DNA of 62,700 bases, filler included, from Sphacelaria rigidula (GCA_964200075.2; 7 parts of 7 records of this genome joined end to end with filler, not necessarily neighbours in it); one strand, 5' to 3'. Numbered from the whole stretch's first letter, positions 1 through 13,153 are shown. Notes: generated from the letters alone by a model not told the origin. Translations and numbers: made by a program.

Positions 1-337
1 AGCCATACCCACCACGTTTTGAACCCTTTCACAACCACTAAGAAACGGCTTTAATTTTATTTTTTTTTGTTTCCCCCCCCCCCCCCCGTGATGATGACTT
101 ATGTTGTTGAGAACATCGAACTGCGGAGCATGACGTATAGTTACTCCGCACAAAAACGGTTCGAGTTCAGTGTTTCTGTCCTCCACTATTTTCCCGTGAG
201 CACGAATGAGTCTCGCAGGATTGCCGTTGTCGTCGAACCATCCTGACCTCATGAGATTCCAAGTCGCGAGCGAAGTTCAACGTTGGAATACTTGGTGTTT
301 TTCGTTCCCGCAATCCTCGCGTCGAAACCTTGCGCAG

Positions 338-469
338 GGCCTGTCGTCTCCTTGAACCGCTTCGAGCGCAAAAAGAATCTCGTCCTGGCTGTGGAGGCAC
401 TGGGATGGGCTATGGCCACGTTAGGCGCCGAGGAGGCGAAGAAAAAAGGACTGAAGCTGGTTGTTGCAG
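338..469 (+). CDS. ALG2: Alpha-1,3/1,6-mannosyltransferase ALG2 (GT4), internal exon
   Basis: Peptide GPVVSLNRFERKKNLVLAVEA...LKLVVAG matches the ALG2 S(I/L)NR(Y/F)ERKKN motif. Acceptor cag at 335-337, donor gt at 470. The phase-1 junction joins the next exon in frame (VAG-GYD). Confidence 0.9.
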
Positions 470-496
470 GTTCGTGTCGCAGTCGTCATGGCCATC

Positions 497-788
497 GTCG
501 TAGTTGTAGTTGTAGTTGTAGTTGTAGTTGTAGTTGTAGTTGTAGTTGTAGTTGTAGTTGTAGTTGTAGTTGCTGTTGTTGTAGTTGTAGTAGTTGTTGT
601 TGTTGTCGTTGTTGTAGTTGTAGTAGTAGTTGTTGTTGTAGTTGTAGTAGTAGTAGTTGTTGTTAATGTAGTTGTTGTTGTTGTTGTAGTAGTTGTTGTA
701 GTAGTAGTAGTTGTTGTAGTTGTTGTTGTTGTTGTTGTAGTAGTAGTGGTAGTTGTTGTTGTTGTTGTTGTAGTTGTTGTTGTTGTAG

Positions 789-822
<34 letters not shown>

Positions 823-832
823 ATGCTGTTGC
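497..832. repeat. Compound microsatellite (TAGTTG)n / (TTG,TAG)n in an ALG2 intron
   Basis: Directly visible; it generates the poly-N, poly-T and poly-V pseudo-ORFs. Confidence 0.97.
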
Positions 833-1567
833 TGTGCCCCGAGATGTGGATTGGGGGGAAGGGGATACAGCTTGACCCGATACAGTACTGATGGACGTGG
901 ATGGATTGCCACAACTCGCCAAAATATTTTACCGTGCAGTAATTAATTTGCATGCGGTAGCGGCAAGCTTGCCGTGAACACCCACTGTCTTCACGGTAGT
1001 TCAAATTCAGCATTGTTTCTATCGAAGCTAGCGGCAGTTTTTTATGTTTGGGAAGCTACGATGCAAAACTCGCAGCGGTTCATGTTTTTTGCTCTCGGCT
1101 TTTGCGTTGCAGACTTGAAGAACGCTCCATTCAACCCCATCAACGATCGCCAAACGGAAACGAAGCGATCAAAGTTTAGGGAGGATGATCAAAAGTGCAC
1201 GCACTTTTGGAATTCCTGGGAGACTTTTCTGGCACGGCGAAACATGCATGCATTAGAATTTGCAAAAAATGGCTCCACACAAACGTGATAGCTTCAAACA
1301 ACCATGGGCGAAAGTGACAAAAAAAATGTATTTCAGGGGTATCATTTCGCCCGACAAGAATGTAATTAGAGAGGAATGCCCTTTTTTCTTTCTTGCTCTC
1401 CTGTAATAGGATGATTCTCTTTTTGGGTGCCTGACAACGGAGTTGCATGCTGACCGCGCAGTGCCGCAAGAGAATACGGAAACGCTGGATGAGGTTTTTG
1501 CCACGGGTGATGTCGAGAATGAACAATCACGTCATTTCCTTTGCTCTTGTCCCTTTGCGGGGAACAG

Positions 1568-1681
1568 GAGGGTACGATGACCGCGTGGCGGAGAACGTGG
1601 AGCATCTGGACGAGCTCAAGGCTCAAGTGACCGCCTTGGGGCTCGACGACTTCGTCGACTTCAGGCGCAACATAGCCGACG
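1568..1681 (+). CDS. ALG2: ALG2 internal exon
   Basis: GYDDRVAENVEHLDELK matches the ALG2 GGYDxRVxENVE motif. Flanked by cag and gt in compatible phase. Confidence 0.9.
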
Positions 1682-2098
1682 GTATTTATTCGTACCTTAG
1701 CCGTCTTCCCTATTTCCGTGTAGCCGTGGCAAGGGCCTGTCGGGCTTGTGTGTGAGGCATGGGTACCAGATTCTAGCCTGATTATTATCTCGATTTTTTC
1801 CTGTTTTTTTTCTTTTCTTTTTCCCCTGGTGTAAGGTTGTCATCAGCAAGCGAGTCTCCCCGTCTTTATCCCCCTGGGTATGTTAATCTCGTGACCAAGG
1901 GTAGAATCGTAGCAGATCTCGACATGTGCGACAATCCATCAATTAGCGCTTGTCGCGGGAACGTGAGTTGATCTTAACCTATGCGGGATGTGGGAACGTT
2001 CTCTTTGCACTTTCACAATCCAGTTCCTTCCACGGCCGATTCTTGACGCATATAGATGAAAATATGGACGGTCACAATTACCGTATCCAGGTTTGTGA

Positions 2099-2345
2099 CA
2101 AGAGTTCGGGACGGAACGAGACAAGACGGGACGGCGGTCCCGTTATTTCCTGAATATTCCCGTCCCGTCCAGTCATTTTTCGGTGACAGGAAAGCGGGTT
2201 TTGTACCGTCCCATGGCCTTTGGGGGCTTTGGAGGGAAGGGAGTCCCCGTCCCGTCATTTTTTTGGTGATGTAAAAGCGGTTTCGTCCCGTCCCATGGCC
2301 TTCCGAGGGTAGGAAATTCCTGTCCCGTCCCGTCCCGAAATTCTG
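2099..2345. mobile_element. MITE-like element with GGGAC/GTCCC subterminal repeats
   Basis: Inverted ends gagttcgggacgg...ccgtcccgaaattc and many internal (cccgt)n units. Similar motif-rich tracts lie at about 23740-23860 and 24545-24940. No clear target-site duplication (TSD). Confidence 0.6.
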
Positions 2346-4834
2346 GGACAAGCCCCGTAATCAATCAATGACCGCGTGCGCAGTGCCTTAGGTTCAATTC
2401 AGCAAAAATGGCATCTGGTCGAATGTTTGCCCTGTGATACGATGTATTCTTCACCTGAAGTTCCAGGTTTCAGCGATATACATTACCCCGCTCGAATGTT
2501 TTCGTGCATTCACCCATCACCTGTATATCTTGGGACCGCGGCTGAATCCGCGACGGACCAGTTGTTGCCCATCAATCCGTCGATCAAACGGTACATGAAA
2601 CAAACGTGACGTAGGTACGCCTATCGTGCGACCCACGACGGGTGGATTCGCAGCTGATCTGTATGCGCGACACGATTTATCAGCGAGCGGTTCAATCGAT
2701 CACTTATTGACCCAACCAACCACTCAATAGTTGAGATCTCACAAATCCTCCTGAGGATCCATGAAAAGGGCGATGTCACGGTAGGGGTGCATACTTCAGT
2801 CCGAAGGGTTTCTGAGGCTGCGCACTAAGGCCCAAATATCTGACATCTAGAGGCTCCTACGCCAAAGATCCCGTTCCCAAATAAGTGCACCGCTACCTAC
2901 CGTGGCATTGCTCCAAAAGAGGCAAGGGTTTGTCTCAAAACAGCAACAGGTACGGTGGATAGGCGATCATGAACATTGTGAACACTGCTACACAGACGGG
3001 ACAAATGATCACAAGTGTTTGTCCAGAAAATCACATTTCCACGCTCCTGCGTATCCACCGTTTCGGGAAAGGCGGTAGGAAGTGGACGATTCTCCACCCG
3101 TCACGGCCCTAGTGGCACTAGGAATAGGGGAGCACATGCGCCGATCTATCCAGGACGCGTAGTGAGCGCTACAACGTGACATGGACACACTGTGGCAGAG
3201 CGAAAGGGAGAAACAGAGAAACAGAATATGGAAATTCACGCTATGCGATACCGACCGGATCATTTGTTGACCGCTCATGATTCAGTCATCTTCCGTTTCC
3301 TGCCTCGATGTCGTTACTTGGCGTTTCCCCCCAGTGAAATGTACGCGAGCCGCCTCGTTTTGCTCATAATTGCCACCGATGCGGTAAACTTGAGTGCAAC
3401 CTGCCACGATGAAGATGCGCGAGATGCTGATGAAAGATCCTAAATATCTATATATATATATGTGTGTATGGATATATCTGATGTCGAGTTGAGCTGCTCG
3501 TTCGTTCATGTCTGTAGGACAGTTTCAAGGCAATTCAAAATATTTTACTCCAACTGTTTACCATCATCTTAACAAATATGGTGTACACTTGTTGCTATCA
3601 ACAGCCAACTACATCGTTCGCGCGCGGAAAAATGTTTTTCCGGGTGGCCGCTTTTTAATCGGAAAGCTGATGAGCTACCTTAGTATTACTTAGGGTTAGT
3701 GTACTGATCCGGATCATGAACTACAGTAGCTCATTTGGCGCCCATTCCTTTAGTTCCTCCCTACGGCGCTGAACACCGAACACAGGGTGTAGCTCAAAGG
3801 TTTCGCTTTGACTTGTCTGACCCCGCGGTCAGGTGTTTTGTGTCTTTGAACCATCGGATCTTAGAACCCTCTTTGATCAGTGTGGATTATTTGCCGGGAC
3901 CCCAGCATGTACTTATAGCGCACAAGACGCATATCGTCGGATAGGTGCAGTTCTCAGGGTTTCAAGTGTCGCAGCCGTGCCTCCGTTGTCACGGTGTGCA
4001 TCCCACAGCATGCCTCCAAACGCATCGCTTGTGGTTCAAAAAAAGGCTGCGCAATAACGAAAAATAACGCGGTGATACCTGGTATGAAATGAACAGGTGA
4101 CCCTCCTTCGGTCGAATATCCCAAGTAAGGACATCCTGTCGATATTTTGTCCCACCTCTCGCAGCTGCTGAAGCACAAGTGTCTCCAAAATGACCCGACA
4201 TTAAGATGGGGCTCGACGAAAACATATCACCTATGGTTGCCCGGAGATACCCTTTGGCAGAGTTCTATTTTTCGGAATTTTCCCATTCCGGCCGATATCT
4301 TGCTCAACATAAACCCTATGGATGCACGCGATACCGTTTGACGACCTGATGACGAGGAATCGACACAAGAAGAGCACTGGAGAAAATGAAGCTTGCCTAG
4401 GAAAGGGATACCTTCGTGTTCATCGCCCCCCAAAAGATACTTTGTAGGGACGGGTCTCCCATGGGGTCGGTGTCGGTTGGCAATGATGGTGTAAGACACG
4501 CCACTCACCGCGTAAGATAGGCAACCAGGTTATCGATTTTGTTTTAGCGCGCATGCGTTTTTTTTTGTGGTCTCCATTGTGGTGGTCGAGATAGATCATA
4601 TTGTGCGGGGTGGGAGAGCCCGAACTCTGCGCAAAGGGGGTGTTCGTACTATGTAGTGCTTAAATGGTGAGACACCCATGAGGCAGTGTGTAAGTCATGA
4701 CTGTCTCTGCAAGTGATGATACCAGAAAATGAAGCAACTCATGGTAGGCTGTCATCCAAATGCAAGATAACCAGTACGTTTTGGGCCAAAAAATCTTAGC
4801 AGGATGAGGCTCACCCTTTATGCGACGCGCCGAG

Positions 4835-4980
4835 CACACAACGGCGTTTCGCGCTTGGTGATTGATTGCGGGACTGGTCCGGCGAAAACCCGGCGTAATT
4901 CATCCCAGCTTTGTAGGGATGCGAGGTCACTGGTCCTATGACTTTGGCATGCAAGATCATGGATTGACCCCCCCCCCCCC
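4835..4980 (+). mobile_element. 3' end of non-LTR family A (C-tailed)
   Basis: ggtccggcgaaaacccggcg...gggatgcgaggtca...ggcatgcaagatcatg followed by a C-run. Homologous copies at 9912, 10085, 38312, 51280 and 53610. Confidence 0.75.
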
Positions 4981-6861
4981 GGAAAAGATACGATTTTGCA
5001 CCAAACTACGCGAATTTGGAAAAAAGCGCCACAAACGCCGTTTTTGCTCAGAATTCTTGAGGCACATCAATTGGGGATATGTGGTGCACCCGACCCTCGA
5101 ACACCCGAACAAAATAAACACGTATTCTCGCGTCATGAGATCATGCGCGAAAAAGCACCCGTCGATCGGAACCCATGTTTCCCCAGTGAGGTCAGATCTG
5201 ATGAGTATATATTCGGTAGTCATACTTTACTTGAATGCCTTGTTTTTGAGACTGACCGTCCTCGCTACCTTTTCTAGGCGGGTGCGGACTGCCTGCAGTA
5301 CCCTATCTAGTCGGCGCGTGCGCTACCGAATCCTCCAGCAACCGCACACAATGACAACCCGCAGACTGGATTGATTCCTTACCGGTCTATTCGTCTTTCA
5401 CTAAACACAAGGACCAAACCCGGCGTGTCATTCCGTTTTTTTTTTGTATATGAATTTATCCGCTTACGGCGCCTACCAACTAGTCCGCGTCTTCGTCGGG
5501 GGAATGATCTGGCGCTTTTATGTCTTTGTTCCGCGGGTCTTCACCCTATCATCAGTGGATGGATCGGGAGTACATACAGTTCTCTGGTGTCAAGTACGTT
5601 ATGGCATCGCCCTGCACCTCTCTGTCGGCTGGCGAGGAAGAGCGCACTGGTCATTATAGTGGGGAGCGTGCGGTTCGTGACAAAGCTGAGCAGCACTAAG
5701 AGTTGTAGTATCCATATTTCCCCCCCATGGAACAGCTTTGATTCTTCTTGATATTCTGGTTATATTACTGGACGCCTTGGCCAGGTGGATAAGTGTATCA
5801 CACGCGGTTGGGCGGCATAATCTACCCCGACATCTACCGCAGTAGCACTTGCTTGTGCCTGTGCTGTATCTATGTAGTATGGGCATGTGGTCGTCGTCGC
5901 TGTAGCTAACGCAATGGTACACGGGGGCACGAGCAACGAACGTTGCCGCACACATTGTCATCAACCGACTACGGGTATTGAAGGTCTCATGACTCAATGA
6001 TACGTAGCGCAGTCCCTTCCCATCCACAGCGTGCTCTCCACTAAAAAATCACGTGCGCTTTCCCTGGCGGGTCGGCAGACAGGTGGGGGGCGATGCCATG
6101 ACGTGCTCGACATGAGAGAAGTGTACATGTTCCCGATCCATCCGTTCATCGGGGAAAGAGCTGAGGAACGAAAACGCACAACCGCATGGTATTTCCCCCG
6201 AAGACATCGACACGTTGGTTGGCGCCGTACGTGGATAGACTCGTTTTTTTTTATTGGTTTGATAGATAAGGTGGTCGCATACTGATCTCCGTGTAGTCAT
6301 GATCCAGCCGTGGTCATTATCCAAATGATAGACGTACCCGAGATCAGAACACAATGTAAACACTCGCTGAAGAAAAGTGGGGGAAGCAGAAAAGATACAA
6401 TAGACAGAGTAGACTAGGAAAATGAAAATTCGTATGTGTTCGGAATGACACGCTAGGTATGGTCGTTGTGTTTTGGTGGAAGACGAATAGACCGGTAGGG
6501 CATCGATTCTTCGGGTGCCGTGGTTGCTATTGCTGGAGGTTTGGGTAGCGCACGCGCCAACCACATGGGGTACTGTAGGTAACCCGCACCCGTCCAGAAA
6601 CGATGGATAAGATGGTCTAGCATAGGCATCTAGGGAAAAAAATGATCACATAACAAGGGTAAGGCGGGTTCGGTCGACGGACGCTCTTGTGCACATGGCC
6701 ATATGAAGCGATAATAAGCGTTTTTTTCGTGTTTGTGTTCGAGGGGTGGGTGCAGCACGTATCCCCACCAGATGCGCCTCAGGAATTTCAAGCTAAAACG
6801 GGTACTTGTAGCACGTTTTCTCAAATTCGGGTATTTGTTCCAAAACAGTATATTTTGTCGG
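4979..6861. mobile_element. Foldback element with long diverged terminal inverted repeats (TIRs), non-autonomous
   Basis: About 4980-5680 aligns by eye to the reverse complement of about 6030-6860, e.g. ggggatatgtggtgcacccgaccctcgaacac vs gtgttcgaggggtgggtgcagcacgtatcccc, and ggcgcgtgcgctacc vs ggtagcgcacgcgcc. Confidence 0.75.
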
Positions 6862-7358
6862 CGACAAACACGGAGATGTACCTTATCCCTGGACTAATGC
6901 CCGAAATACAACATGATCTACCCTACATGACGGACCCAGTTTTTCATCTCAATATTGATGTAGGGCACACCCACCCTCTATCCTACGGTACACACGCTTG
7001 AACAGATTGGCGTGTGCATCTGAAAACGTATTAAGGCAGATTTCGTGTTTTTTCAAGCAGAAAAACATTAAATCTCACCCGTACGTCGATGTTCCTCCGC
7101 ATTCCTTGCGATGTGCCCCCGTAGGAGGATTGTCTCGAGTGCGGACCGTACAGATCGTTCGTACGCGTAGTGCATGTCTATCCCCCGTAACCTCTATTTA
7201 CGCGACGGAGACAGTACTACTAAGGAAGAACATGAATCTCAGTCGCCGCATGATAATGTATAGGTGAAGCCGCTGTATGTTGTTCCATGACTTGGGTGAT
7301 TCCAGAGTGTTTTCTCTCCCCCACTGTCCGTGTACGTATCGTTTTCCCGCCGAGCCAG

Positions 7359-7481
7359 ACGAACGATCTTCTCTGCTACGAACAGCATCGTGTGTGCTGT
7401 ACACGCCTTCTAGGGAACATTTCGGGATCGTGCCTGTGGAGGCCATGTGCTCGGGAGCGCCGGTGATCGCCGTCAACTCAG
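7359..7481 (+). CDS. ALG2: ALG2 internal exon (GT4 EX7E motif)
   Basis: [42 protein letters not shown] contains LYTPxxEHFGIVPxEAM. Boundaries are cag and gt, in phase 1 with the previous exon. Confidence 0.92.
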
Positions 7482-7649
7482 GTGAACGCCCCATACATTT
7501 CTTCCCTGGTCATACTGTCGACCGTCTATCCGTTCGGCGATCGAGTCCATCGTCTCCAGATATTCACTCCGCCATTTCCCTCGATGCATGCTCCATAGCT
7601 TATATCCAGCATTACCATGATTTGTTCTCACTGCTATATCCCCCCCTTC

Positions 7650-7790
7650 GTGGGGACAAATCCGCGGTCTCAGGGGATCAACCCATGTCTCCCCCGGTAC
7701 ACACCTCGTGTTTTCATATCGCGGATTAGATGGTGACCACTCCCGCACCGCGTCGTCTGTTCTCTATCAATCTAAACCAATCAGACTCTC
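7650..7790 (-). mobile_element. Fragment of SINE family 2 body
   Basis: gggatcaacccatgtctcccccggtacac...cgcggattag is similar to the reverse complement of 36800-37020 and to 58460-58560. Confidence 0.55.
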
Positions 7791-8872
7791 GTTTCGCTAC
7801 CTACCTTCCCATGCTTTCAACGACGGACTTGGGATACTTCTGGGGAGAGAAGAGAATGGGCTATATGCATTTGGCGGGAGGCAACCTCGATTTTCCCCGC
7901 TGTATTAGTGTCAGTTGTACTATTTCAATGTACATCACTGGGCGCGGCGGCATCATGAACATCGATTCTTCGTTTTGTTCCGAATGTGGTGGATCATATT
8001 CCAGCGCGTGTTGGTAGCGGTGGACCCGTTGAAACTGTTCGTTGTGCCTGATAGCTATGTAGATTAAAGGCTACAGCATTCGTTGATCCGCTTCGCAGGA
8101 TCACAAGTGCGTTTATTACAAGCTATGTCGGTATCCTGCTGCCTCACCCCTTGAACTCGAGCCAGATAGGGCCACCATTTTCATTTCATGATTTTGGGGG
8201 ATGGACCGGGTAAAAAGTCGGACATAAAAAAAGGGTCGACGTCGTACTTGATTCATGTCAAGTGCGTGTAAATCGCCACAGTTGTACGTGATTTGCGGTA
8301 GCTGTTGGTTATATTCTTGGTTGAGTTGCAATGACAACGGCTCAACGGGTCGCTTTGTCGGACGTGCTAGCCCTTTGACTCCGAAATTGATGAGGGTATT
8401 TACTGCGAGGGTCCTTACATTGAAATCAGGATATCCAGCTCGCGCATTCGCATACGCAGTGTCACCGGAGAATGGCTATTGCGCAGTGATGGGATTGAAG
8501 ATATTGGGCAATAGACACAAGTGGGTCGATCCACGCTCGTTCCTGACAAAAAGAGGTCGTGGCAAAACACACGTACGGGCTGTATCCGTGCTCCCCTGAA
8601 GTCTATCGAAATCCAATCCTGACGCGAAGGCGAGTCGATCACAGCCTCGGTACAGCCTGGAAATCAACTTTTACGAAGGTTCGGGCGCGCCTACGGTGTC
8701 GCGGGCAACGAGGGCTCCGCAGTAGGCCCTCTTTAGTCCGAGAACGGGGTCGGACGACCCACCGCCACCTACTATTTTCATTCCCCCCCCCACCCCTCCC
8801 CACCCCCCAAATACTGTCCATAGATGAAGACGCGGGGTACAAGGCAAAAGTAAGAGATATGATCGAAATAAG

Positions 8873-8972
8873 NNNNNNNNNNNNNNNNNNNNNNNNNNNN
8901 NNNNNNNNNNNNNNNNTTAATTAATTAANNNNNNNNNNNNNNNNNNNNNNNNNNNNNNNNNNNNNNNNNNNN
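8873..8972. other. Artificial contig linker (N-TTAATTAATTAA-N, 100 bp)
   Basis: The same spacer recurs at 17845-17944, 26817-26916, 35789-35888, 44760-44859 and 53731-53830. Its core has stop codons in all six frames. Confidence 0.98.
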
Positions 8973-9076
8973 GATGCGGGGCGACATGCGACCGTGCAGA
9001 AGAGGCTAGGATGGTACACTACAGACATCCACACAGATTGCTCCAGCCAGCACCCAAAGACGCCAACCAATCGAAC

Positions 9077-9172
9077 CTGATGGATCATATACGAGAAGAA
9101 CTCCTGCGCGTCTTGCTGCATCTTGCCGCTGTGGCAGACGCGATTGAACGTACTGAACAGCCCGTCCATGGC
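9077..9172 (-). CDS. Ubiquitin-specific protease (peptidase C19), QQD-box exon
   Basis: AMDGLFSTFNRVCHSGKMQQDAQEFFSYMIHQ carries the USP QQDAxEF motif. Polypyrimidine tract and tag acceptor, gt donor, phase 0/0. Confidence 0.85.
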
Positions 9173-9911
9173 CTATCGGATTTAGAAGATGAAGGGAGAA
9201 CAGGAACAGGATGAGGCAAAACTATTTGAGGAGCAGATTACGCCAAACTATACGCAGGGCACAAATCGAACGCATCTGGCAGGTGGGGGGCGGAGTCGAG
9301 CAGCTGGGCACGCCGGAATAGTACGGACGCACCCGATTTTATGCAGAATACGGCCATCAGAATGGCAAAGCTCAAATACTCCCACTAATTCAAGACAGTT
9401 AGTTGTGCTTTTTGTCGCCGGCGTCGCCGTTGTTGTCCTTGTTGTCCTTGTGACCTCACGTCGTACGGGAACGACAATTTTGTGTAATCATACGCCCCGC
9501 CAGATTGTGCCATCTCGAGATGCCCGATGATACTATTAATAGCGGGAGATTGCGCCATCTCGAGAGGGTGTCGGCACACTTTCGCCGATTTTCGGCGTAC
9601 GCACTTCGACTTGGAGCCAAAGGAGCATAAATCCTTCGAGTTTCCGAGTCTCCGCGGGGCTTATGTCAGGTTGTGACGATTGTACGTGCTAGTTTCCATT
9701 TCAGCCAAAGGTTAGCTAGTCGGCATGAACTCCGGACCGTCCACCTTTGCTAGAATCCTCTCGAGACAGCAAACCTACAGTAGTTACTCGCTGCGAGGAG
9801 ACACACCCCGTCTGGATTTCGTTTTTTTTCATCAACAAGACAAACGCCGCCGGAGGGGGGCCAACACGGGAACTTCCTGGATACGATCCTTCTCTCCCCC
9901 ACCAACAGTGC

Positions 9912-10008
9912 CTGGTCCGGCGAAAACCCGGCGTGCTCCGTCCCGGGTTTGTAGGGATGCGAGGTCAATGGTCTGATGACTATGGCATGCATGATCATGA
10001 GTACACCC
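9912..10008 (+). mobile_element. 5'-truncated non-LTR family A insertion with TSD
   Basis: Flanked by the direct repeat cccccaccaacagtgc at 9896-9911 and 10009-10024. Confidence 0.85.
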
Positions 10009-10084
10009 CCCCCACCAACAGTGCGACCTCTCGTGCTCGCTTTCTCGTTTCTCCGAGGGTATGCAACAAATAGATGCAGTAGGG

Positions 10085-10107
10085 TGTACTCATGATCATG
10101 CATGCCA
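10085..10107 (-). mobile_element. 23-bp extreme 5'-truncated family A insertion
   Basis: tgtactcatgatcatgcatgcca is the reverse complement of the family 3' terminus. It lies between perfect 13-bp repeats agatgcagtaggg (10072-10084, 10108-10120). Confidence 0.8.
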
Positions 10108-10847
10108 AGATGCAGTAGGGGAGGGGCAAGCTCATTCTTAGGTCGACTGATTCACGGCCGATACCCACCAACATACCGGGACACGACTCGAGCCCCACAG
10201 TCTAAGTCGAAACTGACCACACTCCAAACATGAGGGCAAGAACGAGCCAGTATACTGCGACCGTCCCAGACCAGTCTCCACGACACAACGACACAACAAC
10301 ACAACAACATGAGCATGGAAGAACAGGACAACGATGCACACAGCAAGCCATGCATGCAGAATCTCAAGCAACAGGGTCGACACTGAAGGAGAGACACGCC
10401 ATGCACACCACACCACATCACACCCCCAGACACCAATTCGCACCTCGCTCGGATCGATCGCGTTCGATCTACCTAGAGCCACTCCACCACCGGTCTTCAC
10501 AACCGCACGCCCGATGACGAGTCCGCCTGTGTCGTCCATACATCCGTTGTGTGTAGACCGGGCGGGGGCAATAGGACTAGATGAGAGACCCCGTGACAGG
10601 CGAAGCGGACAACAAATTACGCTACTACACGCTCCATTACTCACCAACTCGACGTATGTACAGAGGTACGACGCCTACCGCAAACATGGGTAGCACAAGA
10701 GTTGATCGAAAAAGAAGGGAGCCGGTTGCTTCTGCATATCTTGATGCAAAACGATGTTGTATCGTAGAGACAGACACATCGCGGAAACGAAATATCCACA
10801 CGACCGGAACGTGAAAACACAAAACACGCAACACCCGGGTGTTGACT

Positions 10848-10915
10848 GCGCACAAGGCACAAGGCACACCGCACACCGCACACCGCACACCGCACAACGC
10901 ACAACGCACAAGGCA
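10848..10915. repeat. 7-bp minisatellite (gcacacc/gcacaac/gcacaag)
   Basis: Directly visible. Confidence 0.85.
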
Positions 10916-12506
10916 TGAAGCATGAGAAAAATAGCGACGAATCTTGCACTCCCAGCAAGGTGAGGTAAGTATGCATGGTTGAAGGTGCCGCTGCCCACAA
11001 AACCAACGGCTACAAGACACGACTGAGCAAGACAGGACTCTCGGCAGGACATGTACTGTGCGCTCATCAATAACCAGCAGGAGGACCGAGTGCACGAACG
11101 CAATCGTCCGTTATCTTGGCCTGCTTTCTTGACAATCGGAACAATACACCGCGGGTATAGCGCAGCGGAATACTGTCTGCCTACTGTACTGCACATTCCC
11201 CAAAATTGACAAGGGACCAGCCGTGTCACCTCCCAGGCGTGCACCCGCATTCACCCCCAAGAGCGTCACGTCCCGGAAACAGACGATGCACTTCGGGCCG
11301 GGGAAGGAAAGCCGATTACCACTTCTGCTATTCCACCTTCTAACCGTACTTCTCTTGCCTCAGGCACTGGGCAGCGTCATTCTGCCACGCATGAGATCAC
11401 ACGGCGCTTCTCGCATACAAGCAACAACGTCATCAGCCCGTCCCCCGTTGATGTTTTCGTTTCAACATCGTGCCCGACACCTGCGCACTCCTCCCCAGGC
11501 ATCCGTCGAACACTTCGGTTACAAGTACACAGGCGAACCAGCTAGTACAGATAGGCGCCTTGTTTCATCGTTGTTACTGTACATACGGGACACTGAACGC
11601 AGGGTGTCCACGTTCCACCCAAAAAAGGCGCCATGGAAAAGAAACCTCAACATTAGGGCTGTGAACTGACAGCTCTGGTCAGTGAAGTTCAAACTGGCCG
11701 CATCACATCGATGCTTTCCCAGTTATTGAATCGCAGTTTAAACAAATCGGCGAACCGGTGAGGGGACCTCGCGGGAGCGCCACCGGAGGCAAAAAACAAC
11801 ATTGCGGTACTTGCCTTGTTTTCCCTTGAAAAAACGTGGATAGTTTGTATAGAATGTAATCCCCCACACTGAGGAGTTGACAGGCTCAGATGACATCAAG
11901 ATCCCATTCAAAGCGGTGAGTGATTCGAAAGTCATTCATCTGTAGCATGCACCAGCAGAGCCTCTCCGTGATGAGCGGAGGATGGCAACAAGCAAGGCAA
12001 GGTTGGCAGCATGTATCTAATGTGGGGATGAGAGCGCAAACCTTACCACGTCCGGGCCGACAAACACGCACGCATGTAATTGAACAGCATGAAGTCATTG
12101 TTTATTTTGTATATAGTGGTTGCGGGTTACCGTTTATTATTGATTACGTTTTCGGGTGTCAACAAAACGACCTTCGCCATGCAATTGGCAATTGGCAATT
12201 GGGGTTTGGAGTTCGGCAGTTCAGCATCAAGCGCCCCGCCTTATATACGGTGGGTCACAATTCCTTTTTCCTTGTTCATTTTCCTCATTCGACGGACCAG
12301 CCGTCGACCTACGCGCTACGGCCGAAAAAACGGATGGCGGGCCAAAATAACGAGCAGAAAACACCTCAAGTAGTCGGCCAGTGACTGGCCCAGGGCAAAC
12401 CTGTTTTCATGGGCTATGGTATTACCACAGGACGCCAGACCTATGCTTTTTTACAAGTCGACCGAAACGCGGAAGACGAAGCATGAAGCTGTGTACCGCT
12501 ACTTCA

Positions 12507-12586
12507 CGCGTCATCGACGCAAACAATTTCCGTCGACGGCTTCGAAGCGCCCTCCGTCTCAATGGATACCCCATCTTCCTCTGCAG
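12507..12586 (-). CDS. Candidate USP linker exon
   Basis: The aacag acceptor is in phase with the preceding exon and gives AEEDGVSIETEGASKPSTEIVCVDD. The donor is not clearly defined and an in-frame TGA follows. Confidence 0.35.
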
Positions 12587-13016
12587 CTGTTAAGCGCGGG
12601 CCTCAAGTCTACAGTCACACTGTACATGATGGTGAAAGCATGTTTTTTTATAAACTCACCATACTAAAGTTGGTATCAACTAGCCGGTGACGGCAAACCT
12701 CAAATAAACTGCATAAACTGGCGCTCTCGTGGCCAGTTCCAGTTTAACTCCCGTTCCAGTTCAATAAATCGACAGTATAAACTGGTGGTCCAGTTCATAG
12801 CCCGACTCAAACTACGAGGCGAAGCCGTGTATACGACAGCATCACGTCGGGCCGTTAGCCTCCATGAAAAAGATCATACAGTGCGAAAAAATGAGTCAAC
12901 ATACAACAAACGACTAAATGAGCGCAAGCACACACAAAGTGTGCACGGAGAACAAAAAAGCAAAACTGCACGAGTATCGTTTGTAAGTAATAATTCTTCA
13001 TCGCCTGAAACATCAC

Positions 13017-13153
13017 CTTGGGCTGCCAACTTCAGCTTCGTCCGGCCTGCCATCGCGTCGATGAGAGCAGCGAACGACTGCCAGCCACGGAGAGATCGCC
13101 TCGGAACGCAAGCCTCGGGCCCCGTTAGGTATCGGCGAGCTCGGTCGACTTGC
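13017..13153 (-). CDS. USP internal exon
   Basis: tag acceptor and gt donor. Reads QVDRARRYLTGPEACVPRRSLRGWQSFAALIDAMAGRTKLKLAAQ in frame after the Cys-box exon. Confidence 0.6.

Noticed and set aside
410..1013. Long poly-N/T/V/Q/C ORFs
   Set aside because: Translations of an intronic microsatellite.
8917..8928. Periodic TTAATTAATTAA palindrome as a biological repeat or piggyBac site
   Set aside because: Embedded in N runs; a synthetic six-frame-stop linker.
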